Below are positions 58,683 to 64,000 of a DNA stretch of 64,000 nt, in pieces. Position 1 is the stretch's first letter. Each line of letters begins with the position of its first letter. The stretch lies in the IMG/VR virus record IMGVR_UViG_3300027732_000002; one strand, written 5' to 3'. The stretch comes from an uncultured virus (IMG/VR IMGVR_UViG_3300027732_000002) (Duplodnaviria > Heunggongvirae > Uroviricota > Caudoviricetes). The position numbers and the translations under genes were made by a program. The notes under the pieces are model-generated. The model did not search any database and was not told where the DNA came from. It was given only the letters and a program-made list of their open reading frames with translations.

Positions 58683-59327
58683 TTAACCTAGTTCCCTAGC
58701 AGCTTCTGCTTCTGCGGAGTCATCTTCTGCAGCTTCTTCAGTAGCACCATTAACAATCTTTTCTAGAGTAGCCTTGACTTCTTCAGCAGTAGGACGAACA
58801 AACTTGCTGTCAATGTCTTCAGCCTTAGCAACTGTGGCTAGGTCATCTTCTGACAATGCTGATCGCTTGCACTTTAGGACTTGAAGGGTATACTCAACAT
58901 TGAAAGGCAGGGGGCCAGTTTTTTGCTTCTTAAACACGATATTCCATCCAGTAACTGGGTCAGTAGGGTCGCCTAGATCTTCGGCAGCAGTCATGATCTG
59001 CTCAAACAGCTTCTTCTTTAGATTAAGAGCTTTTGCCTTACCGTCTCGTGGGTCAATGCAGTTGATTGAGTATGACCAGGAGCACTTCTTGTCTGGGAAG
59101 AATGTGGGAACGTGATCGATCTCAGTATTTGTAAACTTTTCCTTTTCGCGATCAAAGGCTAAACACTCGATTGGAATGTCTTTGTTGTTAGTGCCCTTTA
59201 CCCAGTACACGTACCGGGGTAGAACACCGCCGAACAACCGCACGACGTTATCGCCGTCTTTGTACTCATAAGATTCAACTGACTTCTTTGCAGCCTTGCC
59301 TTTGGTAGAATTAAATGCTAATGCCAT
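58683..59327 (-). CDS. D11: T5 D11-like ssDNA-binding protein
   Basis: VLPRYVYW, ECLAFDREKE, LKKKLFEQI, KTGPLPFNVEY and an acidic tail. Confidence 0.85.
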   Translation of the reverse strand: MALAFNSTKGKAAKKSVESYEYKDGDNVVRLFGGVLPRYVYWVKGTNNKDIPIECLAFDREKEKFTNTEIDHVPTFFPDKKCSWSYSINCIDPRDGKAKALNLKKKLFEQIMTAAEDLGDPTDPVTGWNIVFKKQKTGPLPFNVEYTLQVLKCKRSALSEDDLATVAKAEDIDSKFVRPTAEEVKATLEKIVNGATEEAAEDDSAEAEAARELG

Positions 59328-59329
59328 GA

Positions 59330-59710
59330 TTAGATTTCCTCGTATTTGAAATAAATTAGATTGTTAGTGATTTTTAATAACGGATTGGTTTTTATATTTT
59401 CTAGGTTTAGGTCTGGAAACAGACTGCGATCTAGTGTTTTGATTCCATAAAACTTATAAAAGGAATAACTACGTCTAGCGGCTAACTTTATGTATTGAAC
59501 TATGTAATTGTTGTCTATGTTTAGTTCGAATAGTCGTTCTGGTTTTAACAACCAGCTAGTACCGTTTAGATTATATTTACTAGGCTTATACTTAACACGA
59601 GAACTTTTAGGAATGGACTTAGTATGGTGGTAGTACAATAACCACAAAAACTTTTCTGAATCCGATCCAGCTTCTAGTTCGAGTATTTTTAGATCAAAAA
59701 AGCAAATCAT
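59330..59710 (-). CDS. Conserved T5-like hypothetical protein upstream of D11
   Basis: GTSWLL..QYIKLAARRSY..NPLL..FKYEE; synteny. Confidence 0.65.
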   Translation of the reverse strand: MICFFDLKILELEAGSDSEKFLWLLYYHHTKSIPKSSRVKYKPSKYNLNGTSWLLKPERLFELNIDNNYIVQYIKLAARRSYSFYKFYGIKTLDRSLFPDLNLENIKTNPLLKITNNLIYFKYEEI

Positions 59711-59730
59711 TATAACCCTCAACAATATCT

Positions 59731-59759
59731 ATTATAGCAGGTTTGATGTTACAGATCAA
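59731..59759 (-). promoter_or_regulatory. Promoter for the D11 block
   Basis: Minus strand TTGATC-17 bp-TATAAT with upstream AAAAAATT. Confidence 0.7.
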
Positions 59760-59783
59760 GATCAATTTTTTATCGCTGTTTTA

Positions 59784-60377
59784 CTAATCGATGTTGCCGT
59801 GTATTAGCATAAATCCTAGTCTATCTCCTGCAGGACTAGCATAAAACTGGTCATTCCACACAGGCACAATCGTAGTAGCATTGTGGTTTTGAAAGTCGTC
59901 GTTATACCTAAAATGTACTTCAATTACTTTAGTGCCTATTACTTCTATATTAAACCATTCATACTTGTTAGCAATCGCCTGTAACACATCTGGTAGTACA
60001 AACTTATCGTCTACACGTTTCCAATGACTAAATCTATCTAAACGGGATTGGTCGCTTCTAAATCCTTCGACGCCCAATGTTTGTTTACCCCAGTTATAGT
60101 CAAAACTAAGGTGGCGACCGGTAAAGATCTCACACCAAAAGTAGCCGTCTGGAATTGAATCCGAGTCTAAGTATTGTATTGTGGTGCCAACACACATCGA
60201 TTTCAGATTTACAATAGGCCTCACTACATACATCCCAGGAACTGGTGGTGGTATGCCTGCAGGTGCACACACATAACCTAATTTCTTTGATAGTATTAGT
60301 TTGTCTATGCACCAAAGATCGTCTAGGGCTATACTATCGAACACATCTACATCGTCTACTTGTGGCATATCAAACAT
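59784..60377 (-). CDS. Hypothetical protein, ATP-grasp-like
   Basis: YVVRP..NL..WCEIFTG.HLSFDY..NIEVIG..VIEVHFR. Confidence 0.5.
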   Translation of the reverse strand: MFDMPQVDDVDVFDSIALDDLWCIDKLILSKKLGYVCAPAGIPPPVPGMYVVRPIVNLKSMCVGTTIQYLDSDSIPDGYFWCEIFTGRHLSFDYNWGKQTLGVEGFRSDQSRLDRFSHWKRVDDKFVLPDVLQAIANKYEWFNIEVIGTKVIEVHFRYNDDFQNHNATTIVPVWNDQFYASPAGDRLGFMLIHGNID

Positions 60378-60380
60378 TAT

Positions 60381-61682
60381 TCATACCTTAACAACTTTCC
60401 AGCCTTTTGATAAATAAAATCCTTGTCGTGTGTTATTCTGACGCTTTTCAGGCCCACTGCTAAATTGTAGATCTAGTACTACAGGGTCTAGTTTATCAGG
60501 ATGTTGACGCATGATGCGGCCAATGATCTGTTCTAGTGAGATAGGATTAGACGTTGGCACGGCTAGTATAACACAACTTAGCCGATTTATTGAGATTCCT
60601 TCGGAAAAGATTTGTCGGGAACCAGCAACGCACATAGCTTCGCCGGATTCGACGGTTGCAATAAGGGACTTACGAGTGTCGTAGTCTGTTTCGCCTGTAA
60701 TAAGTACGCAATTTGCACCAATCAACTCCTTTACGTTATTTAGGAACTCCACTCTGTCTGCTACGATTAGCACTGAGTGGCCGTTTAGTATCTGTGTTAT
60801 TGCTAAGCTGGCAACAAATTGTTGATAGTCTTCGTCGTATAGCAGCTTGTTTATCTTTTGTGCCCAACCTAGTTGCGTTGGTAGGCTAATACCCGTAGGT
60901 ATTAACTTTACTACAGGATTCATGGTGTCAGAAGCAGGGGGTTGTATTAGTGTGGGGCCAAAGTAGTCTTTAAAGATTACATGCTTACCATCAGTTCGTA
61001 GCATCGTACCAGACAAAGCAATACGATATCGGGCGTAAATACCATCAATAATACTGGAAAAGGTAGTGGCTGGGACATGGTGGGCTTCATCTAGTATTAC
61101 TGTTCCAAACTCTTTTTGGATCTTATCTAGTACCTTTGTTACAGTTTGTACGTTACCAATTACTATAGCATGATCTTCAATATCAAACTTCCCCGATCCA
61201 ATGATACCAGGTTCCATGCCAAATAGGTTTCGAACCTCATCACGCCACTGATCACGAAGCATTGCTGTATGTGTGATGATTAGGGTTTTTTGACCTAATT
61301 TGCGGGCAATATTTAGTGCTGTGAATGTTTTGCCCCAACCTACCTTAGCGTTAATAAAGCAAGAGTCTGTGACCTGATCAAACACCGGAACCTGCGCAGC
61401 ACGAAGTGCTATGCGCGGGAGTGGAAAGGGTACTGGATTTAATACCCGCTTATCTACAATCTCGTGGTCTTCTGGTATTAGATCCATACGACCTTGCGGA
61501 ATCGAAATAATACCACCTGGCATGATCTTGTAGTTCTTAATAACCTCAATGGTTTTGTACTTGCCCTTTTGACCAGTTTTTAGTTCAATGCGGTAAGTTA
61601 GTTCATTAATGATTTGCTTTTGATGTTCTTCGGACTCTGGCCTAAAGTATAGTCGATTACTTACAACTACTTTTTGTGTCAT
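60381..61682 (-). CDS. D10: SF2 DNA helicase (T5 D10-like)
   Basis: GWGKT, DEAHH, SGT and QIIGRIMR motifs. Confidence 0.92.
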   Translation of the reverse strand: MTQKVVVSNRLYFRPESEEHQKQIINELTYRIELKTGQKGKYKTIEVIKNYKIMPGGIISIPQGRMDLIPEDHEIVDKRVLNPVPFPLPRIALRAAQVPVFDQVTDSCFINAKVGWGKTFTALNIARKLGQKTLIITHTAMLRDQWRDEVRNLFGMEPGIIGSGKFDIEDHAIVIGNVQTVTKVLDKIQKEFGTVILDEAHHVPATTFSSIIDGIYARYRIALSGTMLRTDGKHVIFKDYFGPTLIQPPASDTMNPVVKLIPTGISLPTQLGWAQKINKLLYDEDYQQFVASLAITQILNGHSVLIVADRVEFLNNVKELIGANCVLITGETDYDTRKSLIATVESGEAMCVAGSRQIFSEGISINRLSCVILAVPTSNPISLEQIIGRIMRQHPDKLDPVVLDLQFSSGPEKRQNNTRQGFYLSKGWKVVKV

Positions 61683-62221
61683 ATCATTCTGTTAGTGTTT
61701 TTGTATAGTTTGTCGTAAAAACCGTATAGTACGTGCGAGTGGTTGTCTTGCAACAATCCTACATAAGGAGTGCTACTTAGTTCTGGCGTCCTATAGCTCT
61801 TAAATCGTTCAGACAGCCCTTCTACTTCTACTATACAACCACCAGTAGCAATAGGTATAATCTTTGCAATCTTTTTGTAGACTAGAGCAACTCTCCGAGT
61901 TTTAGTGTATTGAAATAGTGTACCCACTGAGTCAATAAACCATACATTTGGTTGTGCTAATTTGATTAAGTCTGACAAGAAAAATATAGCAGTCTTTAGT
62001 TTGAAAAGGTTGTTGCCCGCAGACTCTAGAACCAGTCTGCGAGCACCTAGAGATTGATTTTTTATATTGCGATCATCTAAGAATAAAATCTTGTAAGATA
62101 AAGCATCTGTTTCTGTTGGTTTAGCAAATAGAAAGTAAGATACTTTATCGTCTACAATTGGTTTTGATCGACCAATGCGATAGATTGGCCAATATAAGTT
62201 GGCCAGCCCTATCTCATTCAT
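61679..62221 (-). CDS. Conserved T5-like hypothetical protein between polymerase and helicase
   Basis: WPIYRI..LDDRN..RRL..FIDSVG..YTKT; synteny. Confidence 0.65.
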   Translation of the reverse strand: MNEIGLANLYWPIYRIGRSKPIVDDKVSYFLFAKPTETDALSYKILFLDDRNIKNQSLGARRLVLESAGNNLFKLKTAIFFLSDLIKLAQPNVWFIDSVGTLFQYTKTRRVALVYKKIAKIIPIATGGCIVEVEGLSERFKSYRTPELSSTPYVGLLQDNHSHVLYGFYDKLYKNTNRMI

Positions 62222-63998
62222 CTTTCTTTACTAGGATATTACCTTCTAGACCGTACCTGCCGTCAAACTTATCAAAACTATAGTCTTGACCCACATCTTG
62301 GTCTGTGCCGATTGGACTTCCCATAATGCTACAACCACGATCTAGTTGGGTATATTGCTTTAACACTTTGCAATACTCATCAACGTGTTCGTCTTTTACG
62401 ATAGCAACAATAGAGTCATGTACTAGCATAAATATTCTTGCATCCAGACCCAATTTTGCCACAGCATCAGCCGTGTCCATAGCTCCCAACAGATTAACAT
62501 CAGAAGCAATACTTTGAACTTCTGCATTGATTCCTGATCGTACTTCATGTGCTGCAATTCCTTTATCTGCACTAAATACATTTGTTAAACGACGCTTGCG
62601 ACCAAAGAAACTGTAGGTATAACCATTAGTCTCAATGAACTTCTTGCGAGAGTCCAACCAGCCCTTTAGTTTACTAAACTTGGTAAAGTAAGATTTAATG
62701 TCTTCTTTAGCACGATCAATGCCGTAATACTCACCTGTTGCTTTTGTAACTGTATCAGATACCTTCTGTGGGCCACTTCCGTACAAAATTCCAAACGAGA
62801 TAGCTTTTGCACTTTGGCGCATGCTGCCATACAGCTTTTTAACGTCTTCTACTGGGCAGGGCAGATCAAATACCATCTTTGCAATTGTGCTATGAAAGTC
62901 ACCGCCACTGCTAAAGACTGCTTGGAGGTTCTTGTCGCCACTTAACACCGCGGCATAGTACATCTCGGCTGTTGCCAAGTCTTGAGATACTATCTTATAG
63001 CCCTCCGGGGCCGCAATACAGCCTTTAATAATCGGGTCGTCTCGGGGAATTTGCTGCGCATTAAACTTCCCAGAACTAGACAAACGTCCAGAAGTAGTAA
63101 ATATAAGATTAAAGTTGGTACGTATCCTACAATCTTTGTCAAGCTCGGGTAGAATCTTTGAAACATAGCTGCTCTGAATCTTTCCTAGTTGTCGAACCTT
63201 TAGGATGGCTTGTGGAAGTGGATGCTGATCGCTTAGTTCCTCTAAAACCTCGGCATCCGTTGAAAGTGCACCTGTTTTAGTTAGTTTGCCTGTCGGGGTT
63301 AACTTGCAGTAATCGAATAGCACCACTCGTAGTTGCTGTACTGAGTTAGGGTTGAAAATCTTTCCAGTGTCCTTCTCAAAGGCTTGTACTTGTGGAAAAG
63401 CATAAACTTCTTGTTTAGCTTCTAGAATCCACTTTTCAAGATAATTACCAGCACCTACTAATCGCGGCTTATGAATAGGGATGCCTACTTCTTCCATGTC
63501 CATTAGGAATAGTGTGCCGCGTACTAACAGATTTTTATAAACCCACATTAGCTTGTCGTTCGCTGAAACAATAGGCCAGAACTTTTCAAATAGTTCTAGT
63601 GTTACCGCGGTGTCAATAGCAGCGTACTTGCCGATTACGTCTAGAGGAATTAGATCGTAGGTAAAGTCTTCTTGTAGTACATTGTTCTTTGAACAGTAGT
63701 CCTTCTTAAAGTCGTCCAGTTCCGAGTCATAATCACCATAGTCTGTGTACTTTAGTGCTAGTGGTTTTAGACCATGGCTATCAGTTTCATCGAGCACATA
63801 GTGCATAACCATTGTGTCGTGCACTGCTAGCCGGTTAAACTTAATACCTAGGTGGTAGTTAAACCACTTGTAGTCAAACTTCATGTTGTGAAACACGATT
63901 GTGTAGCGATCACAGATTTGCTGTAACACGGCTAGATGCTCATCACCTAGAATGTCGGTGATAATATAGCGTCCGTGTTTCTTTTTGTAGCTGATTGA
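62214..63998 (-). CDS. Family A DNA polymerase (5' partial)
   Basis: FHNMKFD and YAAID exonuclease motifs; TSGRLSSS, DLATAE, RQSAKAISFGILYG, VHDS. The frame is open to the window end. Confidence 0.95.
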   Translation of the reverse strand, partial: SISYKKKHGRYIITDILGDEHLAVLQQICDRYTIVFHNMKFDYKWFNYHLGIKFNRLAVHDTMVMHYVLDETDSHGLKPLALKYTDYGDYDSELDDFKKDYCSKNNVLQEDFTYDLIPLDVIGKYAAIDTAVTLELFEKFWPIVSANDKLMWVYKNLLVRGTLFLMDMEEVGIPIHKPRLVGAGNYLEKWILEAKQEVYAFPQVQAFEKDTGKIFNPNSVQQLRVVLFDYCKLTPTGKLTKTGALSTDAEVLEELSDQHPLPQAILKVRQLGKIQSSYVSKILPELDKDCRIRTNFNLIFTTSGRLSSSGKFNAQQIPRDDPIIKGCIAAPEGYKIVSQDLATAEMYYAAVLSGDKNLQAVFSSGGDFHSTIAKMVFDLPCPVEDVKKLYGSMRQSAKAISFGILYGSGPQKVSDTVTKATGEYYGIDRAKEDIKSYFTKFSKLKGWLDSRKKFIETNGYTYSFFGRKRRLTNVFSADKGIAAHEVRSGINAEVQSIASDVNLLGAMDTADAVAKLGLDARIFMLVHDSIVAIVKDEHVDEYCKVLKQYTQLDRGCSIMGSPIGTDQDVGQDYSFDKFDGRYGLEGNILVKKDE

Positions 63999-64000
63999 CA

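Noticed and set aside
51898..63998. Introns or inteins in nrdJ, helicase or polymerase
   Set aside because: The ORFs are continuous and of normal length, with no intein motifs evident.

Overview
This window is part of a large lytic T5-like siphophage genome (Demerecviridae-like). The + strand (1-51.7 kb) carries the late region: terS, an inserted TPR-glycosyltransferase and FkbM methyltransferase pair, terL, GIY-YIG and HNH nucleases, portal, an in-frame protease-major capsid ORF, head-tail genes, tail tube, frameshifting tail chaperones and tape measure. The tail tip is not T5-type: Dit-like, DUF1833-like and a 3292-aa NlpC/P60-gpJ-like fusion, followed by an S74 fibre and a gp38-like adhesin. 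Next come a separately promoted ~12.6 kb operon of Thr/Ser-rich, Gly-rich and LamG-type proteins, a lysis cassette, phoH and a collagen-like cassette. The - strand (51.7-64 kb) carries the T5-like replication block (Pol A partial, D10-D15, dUTPase) plus glutaredoxin and class II RNR. The main leads are (1) a possible virion glycosylation/methylation system, (2) a holin-like/SLT endolysin gene split exactly at a C CCA AAG -1 slippery site, (3) a large accessory appendage operon with shared repeats, (4) a protease-capsid fusion with an internal start and (5) a collagen-like cassette with duplicated promoters. All calls come from reading motifs and synteny by eye; no database search was run. No tRNA, rRNA, CRISPR array, integrase or reverse transcriptase was recognised.
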